A program made the translations under genes and the position numbers. Below are positions 1-15,000 of a stretch of 64,000 nt of DNA, in pieces; within the stretch, counting starts at the first letter, position 1; each line of letters starts with the position of its first letter. A model generated the notes under the pieces. It did not search any database, was not told where the DNA came from, and saw only the letters and a program-made list of their open reading frames with translations. Origin of the DNA: an uncultured Nitrospiraceae bacterium (GTDB lineage: Bacteria > Nitrospirota > Nitrospiria > Nitrospirales > Nitrospiraceae); the NCBI GenBank assembly GCA_963730935.1, contig CAVSTP010000002.1, positions 576,001-640,000 of the forward strand, written 5' to 3'.

Positions 1-1
1 T

Positions 2-3000
2 GCCGGCCAATTGGTCAACCTTGGCGCTGCCGATGCGGCCGGCACGCTCGGCATCACTGATGCTGAGCTCGATACTGTCACCGCCGGCACGGTTCGCGTG
101 GGCCGTGCCAATAGCGGCAACATGACGATTTCTAATCCAATCTCCCCTGGAGGCACGAATACACTGTCCCTGATTTCCGGCGGCACCATCACGCAAGGCG
201 CTGGCGACACCATTACAGAGACCAATCTCCGCGTGAGTGCCGTCAATGCGGTCACGCTTACTCAAGCAAACGACGTGACGACATTCGCTGGAACGGTGAC
301 CACGGCTGGTCAAGCCCTGCAGTTTACTGATGCGAACGGCTTCACAGTTGGTACCGTCGATGGGGTAATCGGCGTCACGACAAACAATGCTAATGCCGCG
401 CTGATCGCTACAACCGGCAATATCACGATAGACGATGACATTGCGGTCGGCACGGGTAATGTCGGCATCCAAGCTACGGCTGGAACGATTTCCCAGAATG
501 CCGGAGATGTGATCACCGCAGCCGGTTTGACCTTGAGGAGCCAAGGGGCCATTACGCTTAACGAAGCCAACGATGTCGATACTCTCGCAGGAAACATTTC
601 CGGAGCCGGCAACGCCTTTCAGTTCACGGACAGCGATGGCCTCACAATCGGCACCATGGCTGCAGTGGGAGGGGTGGCGGCCACGAACGGCATCACGACG
701 ACAAACGGCGCAATCACAGTGACCGCGACGAATGGGCCCCTGACCGTGGCCAACACCGCTGCCGCACAGGATGTGAATGCCGGCACGAGCACCGTGGCTC
801 TGACGGCCGGCGGCGCTAATCAACTGTTGACTGTTACCGGCGCGGTCACCGGCACCGGCGGCGTCACCTACACGGCCGACAACATGACCTTGACCGGCGC
901 TACGACGGCCACGGGGGCCATTGCCACCTTGCAGCCCAACACCGCCGGGCAACTTGTGAACCTGGGCGCCGCAGATGCGGCCGGCACCTTAGGCTTGACC
1001 GATGCCGAACTCGATACCGTCACCGCAGGCACCTTGCGCGTGGGCCGCGCCAACAGCGGCAACATGACGATCTCCGCCGCGATGACGCCCGCCGGCTCAA
1101 CTACTCTCTCCCTCATCTCAGGTGGCAGCGTCAGCCAGAACGCGGGAGCCACAATCACCGAGACGAACCTTGCCATCAGTGCAGTTGGGGCGGTGACATT
1201 AAATGAAGCGAACAATATGACGACGATCGCGGCGAATGTCACCGGCGCCGGCAACGCCTTTTCCTATACCGATGCCAACGCCCTCACCATCGGCTCCGTC
1301 GATGGGATCAACGGCGTGAGCACCAACAACGGGACGATCACCGTCACCGCGACCAACGGCGCACTGACCGTGAGCAACACGCCGGCCGCCCCCGATGTGA
1401 ACGCCGGCACCAGCACCGTCGCCTTGACCGCCGGCGGGGCCAATCAATTGCTCACCGTGACCGGCACGGTCACGGGTACCGGCGGCGTCACGTACACGGC
1501 CGATAACATGAGCTTGACCGGCGCCACCACGGCCACCGGCGCGATTGCTACGCTACAGCCAAACACGGCTGGCCAACTCGTCAATTTAGGCGGCGCCGAT
1601 GCGGCCGGCACCTTGGGCCTCACCGATGCCGAGCTCGATACCGTGACCGCCGGCACCTTGCGCGTAGGCCGCGCCAACAGCGGCAACATGACGATCTCCG
1701 CTGCAATGACGCCCGCAGGCACGAGCACCCTCACGCTGCTCTCCGGTGCTGCGGTTACGGAAACCGCCGGCTCGACCATTACCACGACCAACCTGCGAGT
1801 CAGCAGCGTCGGTGCGGTCGACCTGACACAGAATAATGACATAACCACCCTGGCCGGCAATGTGAGCGGAGCCGGCAATACGTTCGGTTTTGTTGACACC
1901 AACGGTTTTGCCGTTGGAACTGTCGACACTGTCACGGGCCTCACTACAAACAACGGCACAACCCAACTCCGCACTACAGCAGGCAACCTCGACATTAATC
2001 AACCGATCAATGTCGGAACGGCTAACCTAGGTCTCCAAGCTGCCGCGGGCACGATCACACAGAGTGGACCAGGCACAATCACCGCAGATGGCCTTGGCAT
2101 TCGAGCCCAGAACAATGTGTCGCTGACGCTCGCCAACGACGTCAATACGATCGCCGCGAACATCACGGGAGCGGGCAATAGCTTCACTTATAACGACGCG
2201 ACGGGCGTCACCATTGGATCGATCCCAGCCATCGGCGCGATCGCAGCCATCGACGGCGTCACGACAAATAATGGCGCGATCAGTGTCGCGACGACCAACG
2301 GGGCCTTGACCGTCAGCAACACCCCGGCCGCCCCCGATGTGAACGCCGGCACCAGCACGGTGGCCTTGACCGCCGGTGGCGTCAACCAACTGCTCACCGT
2401 CACCGGCACCGTCACCGGCACCGGGGGCGTGACCTATACCGCCGACAACATGACCTTGACCGGCGCCACCAACGCCGGCGCCAACATCGCCACCCTGCAA
2501 CCCAACACCGCCGGCCAGCTCGTGAACCTCGGCGCCGCCGATGCGGCCGGTACGCTGGGCTTGACCGATGGCGAGCTCGACACCGTCACCGCCGGCACCG
2601 TGCGCGTGGGCCGCAATAATAGTGGCAACCTCACCATCTCGGCCGCCATCGATACGGCGAACACCACGACGACCACCTTGATCTCTGGCGGCACGGTGAC
2701 GCAGACCGCGCCCATCACGGAAACCAATCTCGCCGTCAGCAGTGTCGGCGCCGTCACCTTAACGAACGCCGGCAACGATGTGACGACGCTCGCCGCCAAT
2801 GTCACCGGCGCCGGCAATGCCTTCAGCTATACCGATGCCAATGCCCTCACCATTGGCACCGTCGATGGGATCAACGGCGTGGCCACCAACAACGGGGCCA
2901 TCACGGTGGCCACCACCAACGGCGCCTTGACCGTCAGCAACACCCCGGCCGCCCCCGATGTGAACGCCGGCACCAGCACGGTGGCCTTGACCGCCGGTGG

Positions 3001-6000
3001 CGTCAACCAACTGCTCACCGTCACCGGCACCGTCACCGGCACCGGGGGCGTGACCTATACCGCCGACAACATGACCTTGACCGGCGCCACCAACGCCGGC
3101 GCCAACATCGCCACCCTGCAACCCAACACCGCCGGCCAGCTCGTGAACCTCGGCGCCGCCGATGCCGCCGGTACGCTGGGCTTGACCGATGGCGAGCTCG
3201 ACACCGTCACCGCCGGCACGTGCGCGTGGGCCGCCACAAGTGGCAACCTCACCATCTCGGCCGCCATCGATCCGGCCGAACACCACGACGACCACCTTGA
3301 TCTCTGGCGGCACGTGACGCAGACCGCGCCCATCACGGAAACCAATCTCGCCGTCAGCCAGCGTCGGCGCCGTCACCTTAACGAAGCCGGCAATGATGTG
3401 ACGACGCTCGCCGCCAATGTCACCGGCGCCGGCAATGCCTTCAGCTATACCGATGCCAATGCCCTCACCATTGGCACCGTCGATGGGATCAACGGCGTGG
3501 CCACCAACAATGGGGCCATCACGGTGGCCACCACCAACGGGGCCTTGACCGTCAGCAACACCCCGGCCGCCCCCGATGTGAACGCCGGCACCAGCACGGT
3601 GGCCTTGACCGCCGGTGGCGTCAACCAACTGCTCACCGTCACCGGCACCGTCACCGGCACCGGGGGCGTGACCTATACCGCCGACAACATGACCTTGACC
3701 GGCGCCACCAACGCCGGCGCCAACATCGCCACCCTGCAACCCAACACCGCCGGCCAGCTCGTGAACCTCGGCGCCGCCGATGCGGCCGGTACGCTGGGCT
3801 TGACCGATGGCGAGCTCGACACCGTCACCGCCGGCACCGTGCGCGTGGGCCGCAATAATAGTGGCAACCTCACCATCTCGGCCGCCATCGATACGGCGAA
3901 CACCACGACGACCACCTTGATCTCTGGCGGCACGGTGACGCAGACCGCGCCCATCACGGAAACCAATCTCGCCGTCAGCAGTGTCGGCGCCGTCACCTTA
4001 ACGAACGCCGGCAACGATGTGACGACGCTCGCCGCCAATGTCACCGGCGCCGGCAATGCCTTCAGCTATACCGATGCCAATGCCCTCACCATTGGCACCG
4101 TCGATGGGATCAACGGCGTGGCCACCAACAATGGGGCCATCACGGTGGCCACCACCAACGGCGCCTTGACCGTCAGCAACACCCCGGCCGCCCCCGATGT
4201 GAACGCCGGCACCAGCACGGTGGCCTTGACCGCCGGTGGCGTCAACCAACTGCTCACCGTCACCGGCACCGTCACCGGCACCGGGGGCGTGACCTATACC
4301 GCCGACAACATGACCTTGACCGGCGCCACCAACGCCGGCGCCAACATCGCCACCCTGCAACCCAACACCGCCGGCCAGCTCGTGAACCTCGGCGCCGCCG
4401 ATGCCGCCGGTACGCTGGGCTTGACCGATGGCGAGCTCGACACCGTCACCGCCGGCACCGTGCGCGTGGGCCGCAATAATAGTGGCAACCTCACCATCTC
4501 GGCCGCCATCGATACGGCGAACACCACGACGACCACCTTGATCTCTGGCGGCACGGTGACGCAGACCGCGCCCATCACGGAAACCAATCTCGCCGTCAGC
4601 AGTGTCGGCGCCGTCACCTTAACGAACGCCGGCAACGATGTGACGACGCTCGCCGCCAATGTCACCGGCGCCGGCAATGCCTTCAGCTATACCGATGCCA
4701 ATGCCCTCACCATTGGCACCGTCGATGGGATCAACGGCGTGGCCACCAACAATGGGGCCATCACGGTGGCCACCACCAACGGCGCCTTGACCGTCAGCAA
4801 CACCCCGGCCGCCCCCGATGTGAACGCCGGCACCAGCACGGTGGCCTTGACCGCCGGTGGCGTCAACCAACTGCTCACCGTCACCGGCACCGTCACCGGC
4901 ACCGGGGGCGTGACCTATACCGCCGACAACATGACCTTGACCGGCGCCACCAACGCCGGCGCCAACATCGCCACCCTGCAACCCAACACCGCCGGCCAGC
5001 TCGTGAACCTCGGCGCCGCCGATGCCGCCGGTACGCTGGGCTTGACCGATGGCGAGCTCGACACCGTCACCGCCGGCACCGTGCGCGTGGGCCGCAATAA
5101 TAGTGGCAACCTCACCATCTCGGCCGCCATCGATACGGCGAACACCACGACGACCACCTTGATCTCTGGCGGCACGGTGACGCAGACCGCGCCCATCACG
5201 GAAACCAATCTCGCCGTCAGCAGTGTCGGCGCCGTCACCTTAACGAACGCCGGCAACGATGTGACGACGCTCGCCGCCAATGTCACCGGCGCCGGCAATG
5301 CCTTCAGCTATACCGATGCCAATGCCCTCACCATTGGGACGGTGGACGGGATTAATGGCGTCACGACAAATAATGGAAACATCGGCCTGCAGACCGGAGG
5401 CGCCCTCGCCATCAATCAAGCATTGAGTGCCGGGACGGCGACTGTCGGATTGAATGCAGGTGGAGCCGTGACGCAAGGTGCGGCAGGCATCATCACAGCT
5501 AACGAACTGAATCTGCGCGGCTCCGGGCCCTTCACACTTACGAATGCATCCAATGACGTAAATGCAGTTGGAGCGAATACGACGGGCGCAATCCAGTTGA
5601 CGGACGTCGATGACCTTACCGTTGGCTCTGTCAGTGCGGTTGGGACGATTGCCGCAAGTACTGGCATCACGGCGGCGGGCAATGTGACGCTGACGACGAC
5701 CAACGGTGGGGCGCTCACGATCGATCAGCCGATTACGACGACCACTAACGGCACGCTGACGCTGACCAATGCGGGCCTCTTAGCGCTTAATGCCAATCTC
5801 GATGCCGATGGAGCGATCACCCAGAATGGGGCGGGGGCGACCACGACGACAGGCACCCGGACCCTCACCACGACCAATGATGCCGTGACCTTGACGCAAG
5901 GGCTCACGCTTGGCGGCGATCTCACGATTTCTACCGGTACGGGCCCGATTGCGTTTAACAGCACCGTCAACGGCGGCGGAAATCTCACGGCCAATAGCAC

Positions 6001-9000
6001 CGGGACCACGACCTTCGCCGGTCCAGTGGGCGGCGGCACGCCGCTCACGAGCCTCACGACCAATGCGGGCGGCACGACGGCCCTCAATGGCGGCGCCGTC
6101 ACCACCACTGGGGCACAAACTTATAATGATGCAGTCACTTTGGGCGCCGATACGACGCTCACGAGCACCGGCGCGGGGGCGATCACGTTGGGCAGCATCG
6201 TCAACGGCGCGCAGAGCCTGATCGTCAACACCATTGGCCTGACGACCTTCGCGGGCCCAGTGGGCGGCATCACGCCGCTCACGAGCCTCACGACCAATAC
6301 GGGGGGCACGACGGCCCTCAACGGCGGAACAGTCACGACGACGGGGGCGCAGACCTACAATGATGCGGTCACGTTGGGGGCGGATACGACGCTCACGAGC
6401 ACGGGCGCCGGCACGCTCACGTTAGGCAGCACGGTCAACGGCGCCCAGAGCCTGATCGTGAACACCACGGGCCTGACGGCGCTCATGGGCCCCATTGGAG
6501 GCACCACACCGTTAACGACGTTGACCACGAACGCGGGCGGCACGACCGATCTGAACGGCGGGACGGTGGTGACCACGGGCGCCCAGACCTATAACGATGC
6601 CGTGCTGCTCAGTGCCGACACGACGCTCACGGCGGGGGTCGGCAATATTACGTTTGGGAACACGGTCGACAGTACGGCGGGCAATACGTTTAGCCTGACC
6701 GCCAACAGCACGGGCACGACGACCTTCAGCGGCGCCGTGGGGACCACCGATGCACTCACGAGCCTGACGACCAACGCGGGGGGCACGACGGCCCTCAACG
6801 GCGGGACCATCACGACGACGGGGGCGCAGACCTACAATGATGCGGTCACGTTGGGGGCGGCCACCACGCTCACCAGTACCGGCGCGGGCACTATCACGCT
6901 GGGCTCCACCGTCAACGGCGCGCAGAGCCTCGCCGTCAATACGGCGGGCCTGACCACGCTGACCGGTCCCGTGGGCGGCGTCACGCCGCTCACCAGCGTG
7001 ACGACCGATCAGCCGGGCACGGTCACGGTGGGCAGCGTCACCACGACCGGGGCACAGAGTTATCAGGAGAATACGGTGAGCTTGAACGGCACCTACACCA
7101 CCACCAACAGCCCGGTCACCGTCGGCACCGCGGCCGCCGCGATCACGCTGGGTGGGAACACAACGGTGACGACCGGCGCCGGCAATATTCTCTTCAATGG
7201 CACGGTGGATGGCGCGCAGAGCCTGACCCTGAACAGTACGGGCACGACGACCGTCAGCGGGGCAGTGGGCGGCACGACGCCGCTCACGAGCCTCACGACC
7301 AATGCGGGCGGCACGACCGCGGTCAATGGGGGCAGCGTCACGACCACGGGCAACCAGAGCTACGGCGATGCCGTCACGATGAATCAAGCCACCACCTTCA
7401 CGACCACCGGCGGCGGCAGCAGCGTGAGCTTCGGCAATAACGTGACCAATACGTTGGCCGGGGCCTCCCTCACCGTGAATACGCCGGCCCTCAGTTTGGC
7501 CAACGGCAGCACGGTGGCGACCACGGGTAACGGCAACATCAGCTTTATCGTCGATGGCCTCACGCCCGGTACCGCCAGCATCAATGCGGGCACGGGCACC
7601 TTCCAGATCAGCCCCTCCACGCCGACCAAGACCATTGAGTACGGCGATGTGGATACGGCGCGCGTGACGGATGTCTATTACGGCTCGACGTTCACCAACA
7701 TTACCGCCGGCCAGTTCACGATCGGCGGGGCGACCCAGACGGGCGACATCTTTGTGACGGGCGTGGCCGCAGCCCCGGCCGCCACGACGCTGCAGACCAC
7801 CGGGACCGGCGCCGTCACCTTCGAGACGGCCCCCTATGTGACGGGCAATCTGGATCTGGGCGTCGTCAGTGGGAGCGGGGGCATCACGCTGGGCCAGAAC
7901 GTGACCCTGGGCACCGGGACGCTGCGGCTCACCACCACCGGCGCAATCACGCAGACTGGGGGCAGTCTCACGGCGGATCTCCTCGGCGCCTCGGCCGGCA
8001 CGAGCATCACGCTCAATCAGGCGGGCAACGATGTGAATGTCGTGGCCGCGCAAAGTGCGGCCGGCGGGATCACCCTGCGCGATAGCGACGATCTGGTCCT
8101 TGGTGCCGCGCCCGCGGTCGCCGGCCTGCATCCCGCGATCAATGGGCTCACCGCCCCCGGGCAAAGCGTGACCCTGACCACGGACGGCGCCTTGAGTCAG
8201 ACCCAGCCCATCGTCGCCGACAGTCTCACGGCCACGACGCTCAATAATGCGGGGGCCGCGATCACGCTGACCGATCCGGGCAATGCGGTCACCACCGTGA
8301 CGCTCCAGGCCCGCAATGCCGCCAATACGACCGATGCCGCCGGAGCCATTGCCTATCGCGATAGCGATGGCGTGGATATCGCCGGTGTGCGCACGACCAG
8401 TACCTTCGATCTCACGACCGCTGGGCCGATCACCAGTAGCGGCGCCCTGATCGTGGGTGGCACGACCACGCTCACCGCTGGCGCGGCCAACAACATCACA
8501 CTGAACAACGCCAACGACTTCAGCACGGTGAGCGTCGTGAGCGGCAACAACGTGACGCTCAACGATGTGAATGCCCTGGATCTCGGCGCCTCGACCATCA
8601 GTGGCGGGCTCACCGTCACCACCAATGGCGCGATTACGGATAGCGGCAATCTCACCGTGGCCGGCACGACGACCTTGGCGGCCGGGGCGGGCAACAACAT
8701 CACCTTGAATAACGCCAACGATTTCAGCACGGTCGCCATCACCAGCGGCAACACCGTCGTATTGAACGACATCAATGCGCTCGATCTCGGGGCTTCCACC
8801 ATCAGCGGCGGGCTCACCGTCACCACCAATGGCGCGATTACCGATAGCGGGAACGTGACCGTGGTTGGCACGACGACCCTCGCCGCCGGGGCGGGCAACA
8901 CCATCACGCTCAACAACGCGAACGACTTCAGCACCGTCAGTGTCGTGAGCGGCAACACCGTGACCCTCAACGATGTGAATGCCCTGGATCTCGGCGCCTC

Positions 9001-12000
9001 GACCATCAGTGGCGGGCTCACCGTCACCACCAATGGCGCGATTACCGATAGCGGCAATCTCACCGTGGTCGGCCCGACCACCTTGGCCGCCGGCGCCGGC
9101 AACAACATCACCTTAATAACGCGAACGACTTCAGCACGGTGAGCGTCGTGAGCGGCAACAATGTCGTGTTGAACGACATCAATGCGCTCGATCTCGGGGC
9201 TTCCACGATCAGCGGCGCGCTCTCCGTCACCACCAATGGCGCGATTACCGATAGCGGCAATTTGACCGTGGTTGGCCCGACCACCTTGGCCGCCGGCGCC
9301 GGCAACAACATCACCTTGAATAACGCCAACGACTTCAGCACCGTCAGCGTCGTGAGCGGCAACAATGTCGTGTTGAACGACATCAATGCGCTCGATCTCG
9401 GGGCTTCCACCATCAGCGGGACGCCTCACGTTACCACCAACGGCGCGATTACCGATAGCGGCAATTTGACCGTGGTTGGCCCGACCACCCTCGCCGCCGG
9501 CGCGGGCAACAACATCACCTTGAACAACGCCAACGATTTCAGCACCGTCAGCGTCGTGAGCGGCAACACCGTCGACGTTGAACGACATCAATGCGCTCGA
9601 TCTCGGCGCTTCCACCATCAGCGGGACGCTCTCCGTTACCACCAACGGTGCGATTACCGATAGCGGCAATTTGACCGTGGTTGGCCCGACCACCCTCGCC
9701 GCCGGGGCGGGCAACAACATCACCTTGAACAACGCCAACGACTTCAGCACGGTCAGCGTCGTGAGCGGCAACACCGTGACGCTCAACGATGTGAATGCGC
9801 TCGATCTCGGCGCTTCCACCATCAGCGGCACCTTGAGCATCACCACCAACGGGGCCATTACCGACAGCGGTGCGCTCAGCGTCGTGGGGACCACGACCCT
9901 CACCGCCGGGGCCGCCAACAACATCACCTTAAACAACGCCAACGACTTCAGCACGGTCAGTGTCGTGAGCGGCAACACTGTGGTGCTCAACGACGTGAAC
10001 GCGCTGGATCTCGGCGCCTCCACCATCAGCGGGGATCTGAATGTCACCACCGGCGGGGCCGTGACGCAGTCGGGCGCCCTGACCGTGGCCGGCAATGCCG
10101 CCTTCGATACCTCCGCCGCGGCCACCTTAGGCTCGGTGAGCTTCACCGATAGCAATGCGTTGACGTTGAACAACTCGCTGGTGGGCGGCAACCTGACCGT
10201 CACCACGGGCGCCGGCGATATCACGCTGCCCGCGGGCCAGACCCTGACGGTGGCGGGCAATATCACCTTGACCCCGGCCGGGGCAGTGGATCTACAAGGC
10301 ACCACCCAGATCGGCGGCACCCAATCCTATGTGGGCGGCACGGGCTCCACCTTTGTGCTCGGCGCGGATACCAATCTCAATACCTTGCCGTTGCCCGCGT
10401 CCGGCTCCGTCACGGTCAATACGACCGGCACCACCACGACCTTTGGCGGTCCGCCGATCCTGGGCCAAGCCATTGATCTCCCCCATGCCGGCAATAGCAT
10501 CGGCGGCACCGTGCGGTTTACCACTGCCGCCCCGGCCGTGACCGGCGCGACCCAAAACACCTATAACCTCACGCAGAGTGCTCCGGTCACCTTCAATCCC
10601 GGGCAAACCTTGACGGTCACGGACTTGGGCGGCACGGCCGGCAAGCGCGGCAATATCAGCCTGCCCAATGCCGCCAACACGTTCCAGGATGTGAATCTGC
10701 TCGGCGGCAATCTGGCCCTGACCGATAGCGGCCCGCTGAATATCGGCGCCACCGGCCTCAGTGCCAATGCCGGCACCACCAGCACGGGCACCCTCGCCTT
10801 GACCAGCACCGGGGCGATCACCCAGAGCGGCCCGATCACCGCGGCCGGCCTCACGACGCTTACGGCGGGCGCGGCCAACAACATTCTGCTCAATCACGCC
10901 GCCAACGACTTCAGCACCGTCAGTGTCGTGAGCGGCAACAATGTCGTGTTGAACGACATCAATGCGCTCGATCTCGGGGCTTCCACGATCAGCGGGACGC
11001 TCTCCGTTACCACTAACGGCGCGATTACCGATAGCGGCAATCTCACCGTGGTCGGCCCGACCACCTTGGCCGCCGGCGCCGGCAACAACATCACCTTGAA
11101 TAACGCCAACGACTTCAGCACGGTGAGCGTCGTGAGCGGCAACAATGTCGTGTTGAACGACATCAATGCGCTCGATCTCGGGGCTTCCACGATCAGCGGC
11201 ACCTTGAGCGTTACCACCAACGGCGCGATTACCGAGAGCGGCAATTTGACCGTGACCGGCCCGACCACCTTGGCGGCCGGGGCGGGCAACAACATTACCT
11301 TGAACAACGCCAACGACTTCAGCACGGTCAGTGTCGTGAGCGGCAATAATGTGGCGTTGAACGACATCAATGCCTTGGATCTCGGCGCTTCCACCATCAG
11401 CGGCGCCCTCACCGTCACCACCAATGGGGCGATTACCGAGAGCGGCAATTTGACCGTGACCGGCCCGACCACCTTGGCCGCGGGGGCCGGCAACAACATT
11501 ACCTTGAACAACGCCAACGACTTCAGCACGGTCAGTGTCGTGAGCGGCAATAATGTGGCGTTGAACGACATCAATGCCTTGGATCTCGGCGCCTCCACCA
11601 TCAGCGGCGCCTTGACCGTGACCACCAATGGGGCCATTACCGAGAGCGGCAATTTGACCGTGACCGGCCCGACCACCTTGGCCGCCGGGGCCGCCAACAA
11701 CATTACCTTGAACAACGCCAACGACTTCAGCACGGTGAGCGTCGTGAGCGGCAATAACGTGACCCTCAACGATGTGAACGCCTTGGATCTGGGCACCTCC
11801 ACCATCAGCGGCACCTTGAGCATCACCACCAATGGCGCGATCACCGACAGCGGTGCGCTCACCGTCGTGGGTCCGACCACACTGAGTGCCGGGGCGGGCA
11901 ACACCATCACGCTCAATAACGCGAACGACTTCAGCACCGTCGCCATCACCAGCGGCAACACCGTCGTGTTGAACGACATCAATGCGCTCGATCTCGGGGC

Positions 12001-15000
12001 TTCCACGATCAGCGGCACCTTGAGCGTCACCACCAACGGCGCCATTACCGATAGCGGCAATCTCACCGTGGTCGGCACGACCACCTTGGCCGCCGGCGCC
12101 GGCAACAACATCACGCTCAACAACGCGAACGACTTCAGCACCGTCGCCATCACCAGCGGCAACACCGTCGTGTTGAACGACATCAATGCGCTCGATCTCG
12201 GGGCTTCCACGATCAGCGGCACCTTGAGCGTCACCACCAATGGGGCGATTACCGAGAGCGGCAATCTCACCGTGGTCGGCACGACCACCTTGGCCGCCGG
12301 CGCCGGCAACACCATCACGCTCAATAACGCGAACGACTTCAGCACGGTGAGCGTCGTGAGCGGCAACAATGTCGTGTTGAACGACATCAATGCGCTCGAT
12401 CTCGGGGCTTCCACGATCAGCGGGACGCTCTCCGTTACCACTAACGGCGCCATTACCGACAGCGGCAATCTCACCGTGGCGGGCACCACGACCCTCGCGG
12501 CGGGCGCCGCCAACAACATCACGCTCAACAACGCGAACGACTTCAGCACGGTGAGCGTCGTGAGCGGCAACACCGTCGTGTTGAACGACATCAATGCGCT
12601 CGATCTCGGGGCTTCCACGATCAGCGGGACGCTCTCCGTTACCACTAACGGCGCCATTACCGACAGCGGCAATCTCACCGTGGCGGGCACCACGACCCTC
12701 GCGGCCGGCGCCGCCAACAACATCACGCTCAACAACGCGAACGACTTCAGCACCGTCGCCATCACCAGCGGCAACACCGTGACCCTCAACGACGTGAATG
12801 CTCTGGATCTTGGCCCTTCCACAGTGGGTACGACCTTGACCGTGACCACCGGAGGGCCGCTGACGCAGAGCGGGCCGATCCTGGTCCCGAATCTTGCGGT
12901 GACCAGCAACGGACCTGTCACTCTGACCAACCCCAGTAACGATGTTGATACCTTCGCAGCTCAAGTGAGCGGTGCAGGAAATGGCATCCAGATGACAGAT
13001 ATCGATAGTCTCACGGTAGGTACGGTGGGGGCACTTAGCGGGATCACCACAAACAATGGCGATATTGCGCTCATCACCGGTGGCGCACTCACCATCAATC
13101 AAGCCTTAGCGGCCGGCACGGCCAACGTGGGCTTAGATGCCGGCGGCGCCGTCACTCAAGGCGCGGCCGGCATCATCACAGGCAACGAACTGAATCTGCG
13201 TGGCTCCGGCCCATTCACGCTCACAAATGCGTCGAATGATGTGAACACCGTTGGAGCCACTACCACGGGGGCCATTCAACTCACCGACGTCGATGATCTC
13301 ACCGTGGGATCGGTCAACGCCGTGGGGACGCTGGCCGTAAGTAGCGGCATCACGGCGGCGGGCAGTGTGACGCTGACGACGACCAACGGTGGGGCACTCA
13401 CGATCGATCAGCCGATTACGACGACCACCAATGGCACGCTCACGCTGACCAATGCGGGCCTCTTAGCGCTTAATGCCAATCTCGATGCCGATGGGGCGAT
13501 CACCCAGAATGGGGCCGGGGCGATTACCACCACGGGCACCCGGACCGTCACCACGACCAATGATGCGGTGAATGTGACTCAAGCCGTCACGCTTGGCGGC
13601 GATCTCACGATCAGCACCGGCACAGGCCCGATTAGCTTTAATAGCACGATCAATGGCGGCGGCAATCTCACGGCCAATAGCACCGGGACCACGACCTTCG
13701 CGGGCCCAGTGGGCGGCATCACGCCGCTCACGAGCCTCACGACCAATACGGGGGGCACGACGGCCCTCAACGGCGGAACAGTCACGACGACGGGGGCGCA
13801 GACCTACAATGATGCGGTCACGTTGGGGGCGGATACGACGCTCACGAGCACGGGCGCCGGCACGCTCACGTTAGGCAGCACGGTCAACGGCGCCCAGAGC
13901 CTGATCGTGAACACCACGGGCCTGACGGCGCTCATGGGCCCCATTGGAGGCACCACACCGTTAACGACGTTGACCACGAACGCGGGCGGCACGACCGATC
14001 TGAACGGCGGGACGGTGGTGACCACGGGCGCCCAGACCTATAACGATGCCGTGCTGCTCAGTGCCGACACGACGCTCACGGCGGGGGTCGGCAATATTAC
14101 GTTTGGGAACACGGTCGACAGTACGGCGGGCAATACGTTTAGCCTGACCGCCAACAGCACGGGCACGACGACCTTCAGCGGCGCCGTGGGGACCACCGAT
14201 GCACTCACGAGCCTGACGACCAACGCGGGGGGCACGACGGCCCTCAACGGCGGGACCATCACGACGACGGGGGCGCAGACCTACAATGATGCGGTCACGT
14301 TGGGGGCGGCCACCACGCTCACCAGTACCGGCGCGGGCACTATCACGCTGGGCTCCACCGTCAACGGCGCGCAGAGCCTCGCCGTCAATACGGCGGGCCT
14401 GACCACGCTGACCGGTCCCGTGGGCGGCGTCACGCCGCTCACCAGCGTGACGACCGATCAGCCGGGCACGGTCACGGTGGGCAGCGTCACCACGACCGGG
14501 GCACAGAGTTATCAGGAGAATACGGTGAGCTTGAACGGCACCTACACCACCACCAACAGCCCGGTCACCGTCGGCACCGCGGCCGCCGCGATCACGCTGG
14601 GTGGGAACACAACGGTGACGACCGGCGCCGGCAATATTCTCTTCAATGGCACGGTGGATGGCGCGCAGAGCCTGACCCTGAACAGTACGGGCACGACGAC
14701 CGTCAGCGGGGCAGTGGGCGGCACGACGCCGCTCACGAGCCTCACGACCAATGCGGGCGGCACGACCGCGGTCAATGGGGGCAGCGTCACGACCACGGGC
14801 AACCAGAGCTACGGCGATGCCGTCACGATGAATCAAGCCACCACCTTCACGACCACCGGCGGCGGCAGCAGCGTGAGCTTCGGCAATAACGTGACCAATA
14901 CGTTGGCCGGGGCCTCCCTCACCGTGAATACGCCGGCCCTCAGTTTGGCCAACGGCAGCACGGTGGCGACCACGGGTAACGGCAACATCAGCTTTATCGT

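Noticed and set aside
9100..9600. Programmed frameshift or phase variation in the adhesin
   Set aside because: There is no slippery homopolymer or short-repeat tract at the indels, they compensate each other, and the duplicate copy is intact. Assembly error is more likely.
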